Source: Patescibacteria group bacterium
Lineage (GTDB): Bacteria; Patescibacteriota; Minisyncoccia; UBA6257; GWB1-50-10
NCBI GenBank assembly: GCA_038065455.1
Contig: JBBTQX010000004.1
Coordinates: 1-64,000 of the forward strand
Length of the DNA: 64,000 bases
Direction: 5' to 3'
The position numbers and the translations under genes are program-made. This document shows positions 38,282 through 48,524 of this stretch, one piece after another. Numbering within the stretch: the stretch's first letter is position 1; each line of letters starts with the position of its first letter. The notes beneath the pieces were generated by a model. The model was not told the origin of the DNA. It did not search any database and saw only the letters and a list, made by a program, of their open reading frames with translations.

Positions 38282-39373
38282 CTACCTGGTTAATTTCAAA
38301 ACAATTCTCTTTTCCTGCGTTTTCACTTCGTGGACTGTGAAATCGTAGGCTTGGCCGATTGTCAGTTCTTTTCTCATTTCCGGCAAGCCGCCGAAATCCG
38401 TCACATGCACCTGACCCTGCAAACCGTGCTCCAGATTCACAACCGCGCCGAAAGGATTGAAGACGTAGACCGTGCCCTTTACCGCATCGCTTTCCTTGAA
38501 AAGCTCTTCGACTTTGGTCCAGGGATCTTCTTTCAGAACCTTGAGCGAAAGCGAGATACGGCCGTCCTTGATATCCACTATCTTGGCCTTAATCACTTCG
38601 TCTATTTTGACAAATTCCTTGGGGTTGTCGATTACGCGATGGTCAATTTCGGAAACATGGATGAATCCTTCAAGGGCCGGATTGTCGGTAAATCGGATAA
38701 AAATGCCGAAGTCCGCCACACCCGAGACCACTCCCTCGATATCCTGGCCAACCGAATAGTTCTTGGCGAGCTCCTTGGCGCTCAATTCTTGGGCCGCCCG
38801 TTCGGAAACGATTAATTTGTTGGTGCGCGAGTTCGCATCGATTATTTTCACTTCGAATTCCTGGCCCACAAAAGCCTGAAGCGCTTCGAGAATCTTGCCC
38901 TTTTCCTCCGCGCCGACTTTCGGATAGTGCTCGTTCGCCAATTGGGAAACTGGCAGGAAAGCTCCCAAGCCCCTGAGCTCGGCCATCAGCCCGCCTTTAT
39001 TGAAACCGGTTATCTTCACTTTAATGGGCTCCTCTTTGCCCATCAATTCCTGAACATCGGTCCAGGCTTTTTGTTTATCGGCTTGCGAAAGCGAGAGTTC
39101 TATTAATCCTTCTTCATTATCTATATTGACTACTTTGGCGTGCACCGGCTCGCCCACATTCAAACTCTTCACAATTTCCTTCGCATTCTGAAGTTCGCCG
39201 CGATAAACGGCGCCCGTGCCGAAGCGGCCCAAATCTACCGTGAGCATTTTGGAACTTTTCTCCATTACTTTCCCTTCCACGAGATCGCCCGTCTTCAGGG
39301 TCGGCAAAAAATTCGGGTCCGTTTTCAAAAACTGGCCGATGAGGGTGTTCGCGCTCGGTTTCACTTTATCCAT
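38282..39373 (-). CDS. rpsA: 30S ribosomal protein S1 (four S1 domains)
   Basis: Repeated S1 motifs (FLPVSQL, DFGIFI, GFIHVSEI, RISLSLK). Confidence 0.88.
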   Translation of the reverse strand: MDKVKPSANTLIGQFLKTDPNFLPTLKTGDLVEGKVMEKSSKMLTVDLGRFGTGAVYRGELQNAKEIVKSLNVGEPVHAKVVNIDNEEGLIELSLSQADKQKAWTDVQELMGKEEPIKVKITGFNKGGLMAELRGLGAFLPVSQLANEHYPKVGAEEKGKILEALQAFVGQEFEVKIIDANSRTNKLIVSERAAQELSAKELAKNYSVGQDIEGVVSGVADFGIFIRFTDNPALEGFIHVSEIDHRVIDNPKEFVKIDEVIKAKIVDIKDGRISLSLKVLKEDPWTKVEELFKESDAVKGTVYVFNPFGAVVNLEHGLQGQVHVTDFGGLPEMRKELTIGQAYDFTVHEVKTQEKRIVLKLTR

Positions 39374-39413
39374 ACTTGACGAAGATTATCATAAAAGCGC
39401 GTTGAAAATCAAT

Positions 39414-39483
39414 CCCGTTAGAAATCACGCCCGCGCGCAAGCGCGCCCCGCAGGGGCCTGCGGGGCGGGCTATTTCTAACGGG
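39414..39483. mobile_element. MITE-like element family A, GC-rich subtype (70 bp), reverse orientation of the valS copy
   Basis: cccgttagaaat...atttctaacggg, AT flanks; its reverse complement aligns along its length with 18656-18721. Confidence 0.75.
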
Positions 39484-39543
39484 ATCAACCCCTAAATTCA
39501 TTGCTGAACATCAGAAACAATGATAAAATAGGATAAATTCAGT

Positions 39544-40116
39544 ATGATCATCAACTACTACGGCGGAGATTACTTCAAAATCCAGGCCGGAGACCTCGCC
39601 ATTCTCATCGACCCGGAAAACCAGCGCTCGTTCAAGGGCGCGACATTGGCGTTGAACACCATAAGGCCGAGTTTGGCAGAAGCGCCTCTTGAAGCTTCTC
39701 CGGCATGGATAGACCACCAAGGGGAGTATGAGGTGAACGGAATAAGGGTAGAGGGCCGGACATTGGGTGAAGAGGAAAAAAAGGAAAAGACGGCTTATCG
39801 AATCGAGTTCGACGAGGTTCGCATCGGCGTTTTGGGCCATCTCGCGAAAGATCCCGATCCGAAGATGCAGGAGTTTTTGATGGATTGCGATGTGCTGATT
39901 ATTCCGGCCGGAGAAAAGCCTTTTATTTCTTCCGCGGCGGCGGCTAAACTCATCCGCCAGCTCGAACCTTCGATTGTCATTCCGTCTTTCGCCGAGAATC
40001 CCAAACCGTTTCTCAAAGAGATGGGGCAGGAAAAAATAACAGCGGAAGAGAAATTCGTCTTTAAAAAGAAAGATCTTGCGCCGAAAGCGATGATCGTAAA
40101 ATGGCTGGCTTCCTGA
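39544..40116 (+). CDS. MBL-fold metallo-hydrolase-like protein (degenerate metal motifs)
   Basis: MII.Y.G...FKI, ILIDP, GEYEV.G, DVLIIP, LEPSIVIP. Confidence 0.75.
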   Translation: MIINYYGGDYFKIQAGDLAILIDPENQRSFKGATLALNTIRPSLAEAPLEASPAWIDHQGEYEVNGIRVEGRTLGEEEKKEKTAYRIEFDEVRIGVLGHLAKDPDPKMQEFLMDCDVLIIPAGEKPFISSAAAAKLIRQLEPSIVIPSFAENPKPFLKEMGQEKITAEEKFVFKKKDLAPKAMIVKWLAS

Positions 40117-40466
40117 AAAAAATCAGCGAATTCCTGCGGCGGGTCCGTCGCTCGGACGACCGCGAGAAAAAACGCTGGATGATTTTTTTCTCCGCTATCG
40201 GGATGATTGCCGTCGTCGCCCTTTGGATGGCTTATCTGAATATCACTCTTCCTAGAAGCTCCGCGGACGAAACGAGCGCGACCCCCGAAGAAATTGGAAC
40301 ATCGCCATCTTTCTTTAAAATTCTCGGAACGGGCTGGGAATCCGTTTGGAAAAGCATCGAGAACAACGCGAATAATATCGGCAGAAATTTGGAAAATCAA
40401 TGGCTGAATCTGATGGAGCAGGCAAAACGCACGAATGACGTGAACCTGGAAAAACCTTCGAATTAG
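40101..40466 (+). CDS. Hypothetical single-TM protein
   Basis: Basic N-terminus, one TM; in operon ahead of gyrA. Confidence 0.6.
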   Translation: MAGFLKKISEFLRRVRRSDDREKKRWMIFFSAIGMIAVVALWMAYLNITLPRSSADETSATPEEIGTSPSFFKILGTGWESVWKSIENNANNIGRNLENQWLNLMEQAKRTNDVNLEKPSN

Positions 40467-40491
40467 GATATATTAATTAAAGGAATAATTT

Positions 40492-43400
40492 ATGAATAAA
40501 GAAAAAGAAATACCGGAAGAAAGAAGGGACAAGATTCAGGCGCAGGAGATTACCTCCGAGCTCCGCGATTCCTATCTGGACTACGCGATGTCCGTCATCG
40601 TCTCGCGGGCTTTGCCCGACGTGCGCGACGGCCTGAAGCCGGTTCAGCGGAGAATTCTCTGGGCGATGTGGGACGACAGCCTGACGCACAGCGCCAAGTT
40701 CCGGAAATCGGCCAATGTCGTGGGTGCGGTCTTAGGGCGCTATCATCCGCACGGCGACATCGCACTTTACGACGCGATGGCCCGAATGGCCCAGGATTTT
40801 TCCCTGCGCTATCCGCTAGTTGACGGGCAAGGCAATTGGGGATCGATCGACGGGGATTCTCCCGCAGCAATGCGTTACTGCGTAACCGGAAACACTTTAA
40901 TCATTACCGAAAAAGGACTGGTTCCGATTGAAAGTTTAGGAGATTCAAAAAATCTGGACGGCGAAGAAAAAAATATTCAAATAAAAATACTTTCTAAAAA
41001 TAGGGGGGTTAACAAAGCCGTGAAATGGTTTGACAGCGGCAGACATCCAACGATTAAAGTGGAAACGAATCACGGATTTTCCTTGACGGGCAGTGAAAAT
41101 CATCCGATTCTCACTTGGATAAAAAATCCCGCCACTGGCGCTCCTTCTTTCTCGTGGAAACTTTTAAACGATGTAAAAGAAGGAGATTTTGCCGTTATTG
41201 AAAGAACTTCCGATTTGTTATGGCCGGAAAAAAATATCAACCTGGCTTCTTATTGGCCAAATGAAAATAGGCGCTGGGATAAAAAAATCCTACCCAGAGA
41301 GTTGGATGAAAATTTAGCGTTCGTGCTTGGGGCGTTAATAGCGGAGGGAACAATCAAAGAAAATGAGATTGAATTCTGTAACAGCGATCCCGAATTCATA
41401 GATGAATTTAAGGCGAAATGGCGGAATGTTTTCCCCGATTGCCGCCTCCATCAGTTTTACCGCAAGCCGAATTCTTTTGGCAAAAAACCTTACCAAACGC
41501 TGGAGATACACTCCCGGCAAGTGGCGGCTCTATTGAGAAATGTCGGTCTTTTACCCGTGAAATCCGCCAAAAAAACGATTCCTAATCTGGTTCTTCAATC
41601 ACCAAAGTCAGTTGTCGCTTCTTTCTTAAGGGCCTATTTCGAAGGAGACGGCAGTATCAGCTGGAGCGGGAGAATGAACGAACTTAGCGCGGTTTCCACA
41701 AGCGAGAAACTTATTAAAGAAATTCAAATAGCACTTTTGAGATTTGGGATAGTATCCGCGAAAAGATTTGATAGATTAAAAAGCAATCACAAGCTCTATA
41801 TTCGCGGCCTGAAAAACTACGCGCTTTTCAAAAAGCAGGTAGATTTTGCTGTTTCGGTCAAAAAAACAAAGTTGAACGGCTTATTGGAAAAAACCGAAAG
41901 AGATTCTTCATTGACGGACTTCGTGCCATTTTTATCAGAATTCATAAGGAAAAATACGGAACGAGATTATAAAAAAGAAAGAATAACCAACCATTACAAT
42001 TTTGACCGTTATTCAAACCTAAAAAACAGAGAAGCGGGCATATTAACTGCGGTTCGCTCCGAAATAAAAACCAAAACCGCCGGAGTCCTGGAATCCCTAC
42101 TTTCAAACAATTACCTTTTTGACCCGATTGTAAAAGTGGAAAAAGGCGGAATTGAAAAAGTTTATTCGGTAAAAGTCGCCAGTGATTGCCACTCTTTCGT
42201 TGCGAACGGTTTTATAAATCACAACACGGAGGCGCGCCTTTCGCGGATAGCGGAGGAACTTCTCACGGATATCGAAAAAGAAACGGTGGATTGGCAGCCG
42301 AACTACGACGCCACCCGCGAAGAACCGAAATTCCTGCCGGCCCGGCTTCCGAATCTGCTTTTGAACGGCACGGTCGGCATCGCGGTCGGTATGGCGACAT
42401 CCATTCCGCCCCATAATCTGGGCGAGATTGCGGACGCGACCGCTCATCTAATAGAGCACCCCGACGCCGATATAAAAGAATTGATGCAATTTATGCCCGG
42501 GCCGGACTTTCCGACCGGCGGAATCATCTACGACAAAAAAGCGCTCGAGGAAGCCTACACGACCGGCAAGGGTTCGGTCACTATCCGCGCCAAAGCTGAG
42601 ATAGAAGAAAGAACCCATTCAAAACACACCGGTCAGGCGTCATCGGGCAGCTTCCAGATAATCATCTCCGAAATTCCGTATCAGGTGAATAAATCCGATC
42701 TCATCACCAAGATGGCCGAACTCGTGACGGACAAGAAAATCGAGGGTATCCGCGACATTCGCGACGAATCCGACCGTGAAGGCCTCCGCATCGTCGTGGA
42801 ATTAAAGAACGACTCCTCGCCCCAGAAAATACTGAATCAGCTCTATGAATATACCGAACTCCAGAAGAATTTTTATTACAACGTTCTCGCGCTCGTAAAC
42901 GGCCTTCAGTCGGAGATACTATCGCTCAAAGACGTGCTCTCGGAATATCTGGAACACCGGAAAATAGTAATTCGCCGCCGAACGGAATTCGACCTCAAAA
43001 AAGCCCAGGACCGCGCCCATATTCTCGAAGGCCTCGTTAAGGCACTCGATAACATAGACAAAATAATCTCGACCATCAAGAAATCGAGAGACCGCGAAAC
43101 GGCGAAACAGAGTCTGGTCAAGAATTTCAAACTCTCACCTCTCCAAGCCGACGCCATTTTGGAAATGAAACTTCAAAGTCTTGCCGCCCTCGAACGGGAA
43201 AGACTGGAGAACGAGCTTAAGGAAAAAAGAAAGCTTATCGCTGAGCTCGAGTTGATATTAAAACAGCCGAAGAGGATATTAGGCATCATTAAAGATGATC
43301 TTCTGGATCTCAAAAAAATCTTCGCTGACCCGCGCCGGACGAAAATCATCGCGACCGGACTTAAAGAATTCAAGGAAGAGGATCTAATTCCTCAAGAAGA

Positions 43401-44328
43401 GGCTATTATCACCTTCACTCAAGACGGCTATGTGAAAAGGATGCCGCCGACGACCTTCCGCGTGCAGAAGCGCGGCGGCAAGGGTCTTATCGGTTCCGAT
43501 CTCAAGGATGAAGACTTGATCAACCAACTCCTTTCGGCCGACACGCACGATAACATTATCTTCTTCACGACCGGCGGAAAAGCCTTTCAAACAAAAGTTT
43601 ACGAAATACCGGTGGCCGCTCGCACCGCGAAAGGCAAATCAATCCATAACTTCTTGGAGATTCCGCCGAACGAAAAAGTGAGTGCGATTGTCACCTATCC
43701 GCAGGCGCACGCCGACGGCAAGCACTTTATGGTAATGGTGACGAAAAGCGGCGTGGTGAAGAAAACCCCATTGGCGGATTTCGAAAATGTCCGCCGGAGC
43801 GGCATCATCGCCATCAAATTGAGCGCGGGCGACATTCTGGGCTGGATAAAGCTTTCCGAAGGCGATGATCAGATAATCCTCGTAAGCGCTCTCGGACAGG
43901 CTATCCGTTTCAAGGAAAAAGACATTCGGGGTATGGGTCGCGCGGCCGCGGGCGTACGCGCCATCCATCTCAAGAAAAGCGACAGCGTGAGCGGGCTTGA
44001 TATAATAAAGAAAGAGAATTCGGACAAATCAAGAATGGTGGCGGTGATGGCGAATGGCTTCGCTAAACAGACGGCGCTCAAAGAGTATAAAATCCAGCGC
44101 CGGGGCGGCTCGGGAACAAAGACGGCCAAGATTACGGATAAGACGGGGCCGGTCATCGGAGCGCATATCGTGGACGATAAAGTAGAGGAGGTGTTGGCTT
44201 TTTCGACTAAGGGCCAAGCCATCCGGACACCGCTCAAAGATATCAGAGTATTGAGCCGCGCCACGCAAGGGGTGAAGATTATGAACCTGGAAAAGGGGGA
44301 TAATCTGGTGGGAATAGTGTGCTTATAG
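40492..44328 (+). CDS. gyrA: DNA gyrase subunit A containing an intein
   Basis: [30 protein letters not shown]|TEARL, GyrA box QKRGGKG, CTD blades. Confidence 0.97.
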   Translation: MNKEKEIPEERRDKIQAQEITSELRDSYLDYAMSVIVSRALPDVRDGLKPVQRRILWAMWDDSLTHSAKFRKSANVVGAVLGRYHPHGDIALYDAMARMAQDFSLRYPLVDGQGNWGSIDGDSPAAMRYCVTGNTLIITEKGLVPIESLGDSKNLDGEEKNIQIKILSKNRGVNKAVKWFDSGRHPTIKVETNHGFSLTGSENHPILTWIKNPATGAPSFSWKLLNDVKEGDFAVIERTSDLLWPEKNINLASYWPNENRRWDKKILPRELDENLAFVLGALIAEGTIKENEIEFCNSDPEFIDEFKAKWRNVFPDCRLHQFYRKPNSFGKKPYQTLEIHSRQVAALLRNVGLLPVKSAKKTIPNLVLQSPKSVVASFLRAYFEGDGSISWSGRMNELSAVSTSEKLIKEIQIALLRFGIVSAKRFDRLKSNHKLYIRGLKNYALFKKQVDFAVSVKKTKLNGLLEKTERDSSLTDFVPFLSEFIRKNTERDYKKERITNHYNFDRYSNLKNREAGILTAVRSEIKTKTAGVLESLLSNNYLFDPIVKVEKGGIEKVYSVKVASDCHSFVANGFINHNTEARLSRIAEELLTDIEKETVDWQPNYDATREEPKFLPARLPNLLLNGTVGIAVGMATSIPPHNLGEIADATAHLIEHPDADIKELMQFMPGPDFPTGGIIYDKKALEEAYTTGKGSVTIRAKAEIEERTHSKHTGQASSGSFQIIISEIPYQVNKSDLITKMAELVTDKKIEGIRDIRDESDREGLRIVVELKNDSSPQKILNQLYEYTELQKNFYYNVLALVNGLQSEILSLKDVLSEYLEHRKIVIRRRTEFDLKKAQDRAHILEGLVKALDNIDKIISTIKKSRDRETAKQSLVKNFKLSPLQADAILEMKLQSLAALERERLENELKEKRKLIAELELILKQPKRILGIIKDDLLDLKKIFADPRRTKIIATGLKEFKEEDLIPQEEAIITFTQDGYVKRMPPTTFRVQKRGGKGLIGSDLKDEDLINQLLSADTHDNIIFFTTGGKAFQTKVYEIPVAARTAKGKSIHNFLEIPPNEKVSAIVTYPQAHADGKHFMVMVTKSGVVKKTPLADFENVRRSGIIAIKLSAGDILGWIKLSEGDDQIILVSALGQAIRFKEKDIRGMGRAAAGVRAIHLKKSDSVSGLDIIKKENSDKSRMVAVMANGFAKQTALKEYKIQRRGGSGTKTAKITDKTGPVIGAHIVDDKVEEVLAFSTKGQAIRTPLKDIRVLSRATQGVKIMNLEKGDNLVGIVCL
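40879..42225 (+). mobile_element. 449-aa intein with LAGLIDADG (DOD) homing endonuclease
   Basis: Begins CVTGNT after catalytic Tyr; block B TGSENHP; LGALIAEG and [10 protein letters not shown] motifs; ends HN followed by T(+1). Confidence 0.93.
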
Positions 44329-44332
44329 AATT

Positions 44333-45550
44333 ATGAATTTATCAAAAAACCAATTAATAATCACAGTTGCTGTCGGGGTGGTGATATTGATATTTGCGCT
44401 GGTTTTTTCGGGCATTATTCCCGGCCTCCAGAATAAAACAACGGACTCGACAAAAATAAATGCGACTTTGAGTTTCTGGGGAATTGGAGATATGAAAGAC
44501 GCTTATGTAGGCATTTTCGGTTCTTTCAAAACAACCTATCCAAATGTTACGGTGAATTACCGCGCTTTTACGGACGGCGCCGAATACGACACCGCGCTCC
44601 TTGAAGCGCTCGCGGCCGGCCAGGGCCCTGATATTTTTATGGTTCGGAACACGGATCTCCCGAAACAAATAAACAAAATTGCGCCCTTTCCTCAAACACA
44701 GATTGCCGCCGCGCAATTCAAGCAATATTTCCCGCAGGCCGCAGGTCAGGACTTCACGTTGGGTCAAAATGTTTATGCCTTACCGCTCTCAATAGACACG
44801 CTCGCGCTTGTTTATAATCGCGATATCTTCGACCAGGCGGCGATGCCGCTTCCGACGAGCTGGCAAAGCTGGGAGGATTTCACGGCCGCGGCCTCCAAAT
44901 TGGAAGCCAAAACTGAAACCAACGACCTTCTCTATCTCCTTATGATGCAGAACGGAACGAAACTTTCGGACAATAGCGGCAAAGGACTAGTGTCTTTCGC
45001 CTCTCCGAACGGCGTCCAAGCTTTGAACTTTTATTCTCCGCTTTATAAAGCAGGAGCAATCGACGATTTCAGCCAGGGTAAGACAGCGATGACTTTTGCT
45101 TACGCGCGCGACCTTCCGCGAATAGCGTTAAAGAACGGGTTTTTGAACTTTGCCGTCGCGCCCGTACCTCAACCGAAGAACGCCGCGCTCTCAATTTCGT
45201 ATCCGAGTTATTGGGGCTATGCCGTTTCGCGCCAAAGTCCGAACCAAGCACTCGCCTGGAATTTCATAATCGCGATGGCGGTGAACGAGGCGACGGCAAA
45301 AGATTATGTCGAAAAAACAGGCAATCCGCCGACCTTGAACTCGCTTATTTATAAATATCAAAATGACCCCGCCCTCGGCGTTTTCGCGAGACAGGCCCTG
45401 ACCGCCCGCTCTTGGTACCAAGCGGACGCCGAATTCATAAACAAAACCGTTTCGGGTATGATTAATTCATTCGCAAAGGGCGGAATCCAAGCAATAGAAG
45501 CCTTAAATCAGGCTCAAAGCGCCATCAACCAATCTTTGAATAAAAGATAA
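44333..45550 (+). CDS. Extracellular solute-binding protein (sugar SBP family 1-like), membrane anchored
   Basis: N-terminal TM, ALAAGQGPDIF, YALPLSIDTLALVYNRD, AWNFI. Confidence 0.8.
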   Translation: MNLSKNQLIITVAVGVVILIFALVFSGIIPGLQNKTTDSTKINATLSFWGIGDMKDAYVGIFGSFKTTYPNVTVNYRAFTDGAEYDTALLEALAAGQGPDIFMVRNTDLPKQINKIAPFPQTQIAAAQFKQYFPQAAGQDFTLGQNVYALPLSIDTLALVYNRDIFDQAAMPLPTSWQSWEDFTAAASKLEAKTETNDLLYLLMMQNGTKLSDNSGKGLVSFASPNGVQALNFYSPLYKAGAIDDFSQGKTAMTFAYARDLPRIALKNGFLNFAVAPVPQPKNAALSISYPSYWGYAVSRQSPNQALAWNFIIAMAVNEATAKDYVEKTGNPPTLNSLIYKYQNDPALGVFARQALTARSWYQADAEFINKTVSGMINSFAKGGIQAIEALNQAQSAINQSLNKR

Positions 45551-45555
45551 TAATT

Positions 45556-45930
45556 ATGAATAATTTCTCGGCCGCTATTTTCGACATTTGGAAGGGCGCT
45601 AGTTGCGGCGCTTCCGTTCCGATAACGTCCGGCAGTGGGCCAGCCGGCCCGTGCAGTCTCTGCGATGGCCTCCAGGTGGCGATAAATATAGTGAACGGCC
45701 TTACGACGGCCGCCATCGTCATCGCGACGGCGATGATAATCTATGGCGCGGTCCGCCTAATGCTCTCGGGCGGCTCGGAACAAATGTTTAAAGACGCAAA
45801 AGGCACTATCACGAGTGCTGTTATCGGGCTCGCTATCGTCCTCGGCGCCTGGCTTATAATAAACACCGTCATCCATATCATCTCGGGCAATGTTAATTTC
45901 CCTTGGGCGAGCATTAAGTGTTTAATATAA
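45556..45930 (+). CDS. VirB2/TrbC-like pilin
   Basis: IIYGA.RLMLSGG.E...K.AK.TI..AVIGL two-helix pilin signature. Confidence 0.75.
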   Translation: MNNFSAAIFDIWKGASCGASVPITSGSGPAGPCSLCDGLQVAINIVNGLTTAAIVIATAMIIYGAVRLMLSGGSEQMFKDAKGTITSAVIGLAIVLGAWLIINTVIHIISGNVNFPWASIKCLI

Positions 45931-45935
45931 ATAAA

Positions 45936-46319
45936 ATGTTCAAAAAAATTATTTCAATTGTGAGCCTAACAGCCTTCTTGTTGGTTTTATCGGTTGCGAC
46001 GATTGCATCTGCTCAAAATCCTCAACCTCCTCCCCCTAGTGGTTTAATTAATCCACTTTGCCCCGCAGGTAATCCGAATTGCGCCCGCTCCGACGCCGAA
46101 GGCCTCTTAAATTCCATCGTAAGCTGGCTTTTGATAATCGCAACTCCGATTGCAGTCGGAATGATAATTTACGGCGCTTTCCAGATGATTTTCGCCGGCG
46201 GCGACCCGGAAAAATTCAAGAACGGCAAGATGACGATTCTTTACACGGCAATCGGCTATGGTATAATCCTGATAGGTGAGGGTATCACCCTGATAATCAA
46301 GGACGTTCTGAGCAAATAA
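45936..46319 (+). CDS. VirB2/TrbC-like pilin
   Basis: Signal peptide, INPL, IIYGAFQMIFAGGDPEK...GK..I.Y..IG. Confidence 0.78.
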   Translation: MFKKIISIVSLTAFLLVLSVATIASAQNPQPPPPSGLINPLCPAGNPNCARSDAEGLLNSIVSWLLIIATPIAVGMIIYGAFQMIFAGGDPEKFKNGKMTILYTAIGYGIILIGEGITLIIKDVLSK

Positions 46320-46357
46320 GATACCCCATAAAAGGTCGCTTTTAGATATAAATAAAA

Positions 46358-46702
46358 ATGATAAAAAATAAAAAATTGATTAGCGGAGTTGCGTTTCTGG
46401 TTGTTTTATTGCCAGTTCTGGCTTTTGCTCAAATTTCTGGTCTCCCGGTTCAAATCACGTCGGTAACTGAGGCTAGCACCAGATTAGGAGCCATTGTGGG
46501 TTTTTTCGTGATTTTATTTTGGGTTCTCACCGTTGCCATGTTAATCTGGGCTGCCATAATTTATCTCACAGCCGGTGGCGATGAGGAAAAATTAAAGGAG
46601 GCTAAGAGCCGGATAATCTATGCCGTAATAGCGGCCGCTATCGCCTTACTATCTACCAGTCTGAAATCCATTGTTACAAATCTAATCGGTGGTACCAGTT
46701 AA
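46358..46702 (+). CDS. VirB2/TrbC-like pilin
   Basis: Signal ending AFA, IWAAIIYLTAGGDEEK.KEAK..IIYAVI. Confidence 0.78.
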   Translation: MIKNKKLISGVAFLVVLLPVLAFAQISGLPVQITSVTEASTRLGAIVGFFVILFWVLTVAMLIWAAIIYLTAGGDEEKLKEAKSRIIYAVIAAAIALLSTSLKSIVTNLIGGTS

Positions 46703-46720
46703 TCGGGTTTTATAGATACT

Positions 46721-46754
46721 AAAAAACACTCTCACAAAGGAGGGTGTTTTTTTT
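46721..46754 (+). terminator. Hairpin terminator after third pilin
   Basis: aaaaaacactct...agggtgtttttt. Confidence 0.6.
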
Positions 46755-46783
46755 ACAACAGTTAAAGTAATATAATATGTAAT

Positions 46784-47077
46784 ATGTTCAATAAAATCGT
46801 CACTGTGGTTTTTGCCGCAGATCCCCCAATAAAATCTATAACGGATGTGGAAAACACTCTAGTCAAGATTGTAAATTTGATGTTTGGGATATTTTGGATA
46901 ATTGCGGTCGTCGTTATTATTTGGGCCGCTTTTACGTTCCTTACGGCTGGCGATGACAAAGAAAAGGTGGAGAAAGCTAAAAAGATTCTCCTTTACGCTT
47001 TGATCGCTGCCACTGTGGCGCTTTTAGCAAATAGCATTGGTCCGGTTTTGAGCAATCTTCTTGGTGGAATATCCTAA
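46784..47077 (+). CDS. VirB2/TrbC-like pilin
   Basis: IWAAFTFLTAGDDKEKVEKAKK.LLYALI. Confidence 0.78.
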   Translation: MFNKIVTVVFAADPPIKSITDVENTLVKIVNLMFGIFWIIAVVVIIWAAFTFLTAGDDKEKVEKAKKILLYALIAATVALLANSIGPVLSNLLGGIS

Positions 47078-47090
47078 GATAATTGGAGTT

Positions 47091-48410
47091 ATGTTAACGA
47101 ATATTTTTCAAAAACAATTAATTAAAATTGTTTTTTTCTCACTAATTATAATTAGTGCCTTAGCACATATCTATAAAATAAATTTGCCTGCAATTCCAGT
47201 CTTTGACGAGTCTTATTTTTCCACCTTTGCCGCCCAGAACGCCCTCGGCGAACCCTACTTCGATATTCATCCTCCGCTCGGCAGACTAATATTTACCCTT
47301 CCGTTATTTTCAAAAAGCCGGGAAGCGCTTAAAGATGCGGACTTTGTAAGAACATACCGAAGCCCGACGAGCAGCCAAATAATAACTGACTATAGGCCGG
47401 GGAGTTATAAAAGTTTTCCTTATTTGGATTTGAGATTAATAAGTGTTCTTTCGGGTTTGGCATTTCTTTCGGCGCTTTTCTTTTTCATCCGGGAGCTGGC
47501 AGGGGACAAGGTCGCTCTTCTTGCAATGTTTCTTGCAGCTTTGGAAAATGCGCTTCTGCTCCATACCCGCCTCATCTTAATGGATGGAATGTATCTGGCG
47601 CTCGGTTTATTCGGCCTCTACTTCTTCGTTAGAAAATATCCGAAACCTATTCTGGGCGGGTTGTTATTCGGCGCGGCCTTGGCTGTAAAACTCACTGCCA
47701 TTGCCCTTATTGGGCCGGCTCTGGTTCTATGGATGCTTTCGGGCGACAAAAAAACAGCCGGAAAAAACTTTTTGAAATTCTGTCTTATATCTTTTGGAAC
47801 TCTCCTGGTACTCTGGTTTTCCATAAACACCCTGCTTTCCCCCCCCGGAGAAAGGCTCGCCTCATTCAATGAAATTATGGGGACTAGCCTCGCGCCTGCT
47901 TTCTGGACGCCGATAATAATGTTTTTGAAAGATATTTTAGTATCATTCGTCGGTTATACTTTCGGCGGAAATAACCCAATGATGAGCCCGTGGTATTTTT
48001 GGCCCATTCTTTTAGGAACTATCCATTACGATAATTCAGGGATGAACATAAGACTTGTCGGCAATATTTTCGTCTGGTATCTTTCAACACTCGCGGTTCT
48101 CGCGGCAATCGTGAAGTTCGCGAGAGACGGGATAAAAAAAATCAGCTTGAGCGAAGAATACAAACCGGCGCTTATCCTGCTTGGCGGATATATATTCGCC
48201 CTGGTTCCGTTTTTTACGATAATCCGCCGAGCGACTTTCCTGTACCACTACTTCCCCGCGCTTGCTTTTGCCATCGGTCTTGCGGCCTTTTTTATAATAA
48301 AATTCCTTGAGAATAAATCTAAGGGAATAAAAAACACGGCTATTTCCGCGATAATAATTCTCACCGTCATCGGTTTCATCGTTTCCGCTCCCTATACCTA
48401 CGGTTTATAA
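47091..48410 (+). CDS. Protein O-mannosyltransferase-like (PMT/GT39) membrane glycosyltransferase
   Basis: VFDE acidic motif, FDIHPPLGR, R.ILMD, S.W..WP, R..FLYHYFPAL. Confidence 0.82.
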   Translation: MLTNIFQKQLIKIVFFSLIIISALAHIYKINLPAIPVFDESYFSTFAAQNALGEPYFDIHPPLGRLIFTLPLFSKSREALKDADFVRTYRSPTSSQIITDYRPGSYKSFPYLDLRLISVLSGLAFLSALFFFIRELAGDKVALLAMFLAALENALLLHTRLILMDGMYLALGLFGLYFFVRKYPKPILGGLLFGAALAVKLTAIALIGPALVLWMLSGDKKTAGKNFLKFCLISFGTLLVLWFSINTLLSPPGERLASFNEIMGTSLAPAFWTPIIMFLKDILVSFVGYTFGGNNPMMSPWYFWPILLGTIHYDNSGMNIRLVGNIFVWYLSTLAVLAAIVKFARDGIKKISLSEEYKPALILLGGYIFALVPFFTIIRRATFLYHYFPALAFAIGLAAFFIIKFLENKSKGIKNTAISAIIILTVIGFIVSAPYTYGL

Positions 48411-48524
48411 GAATTAAAAAAAACAGAGCCTCAACTCTGAATATTTCGGAGCGAGGCTCTTTGAATCTACAAACTAAAACTTGTAACTTACAACCGGGTC
48501 TTATGACCTCATTCCGAAAACCAG

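Noticed and set aside
42610-42655. Short extra peptide [14 protein letters not shown] in the GyrA C-extein as another palindromic insertion
   Set aside because: No clear inverted repeat or match to the other families is visible; it may be an ordinary variable loop.
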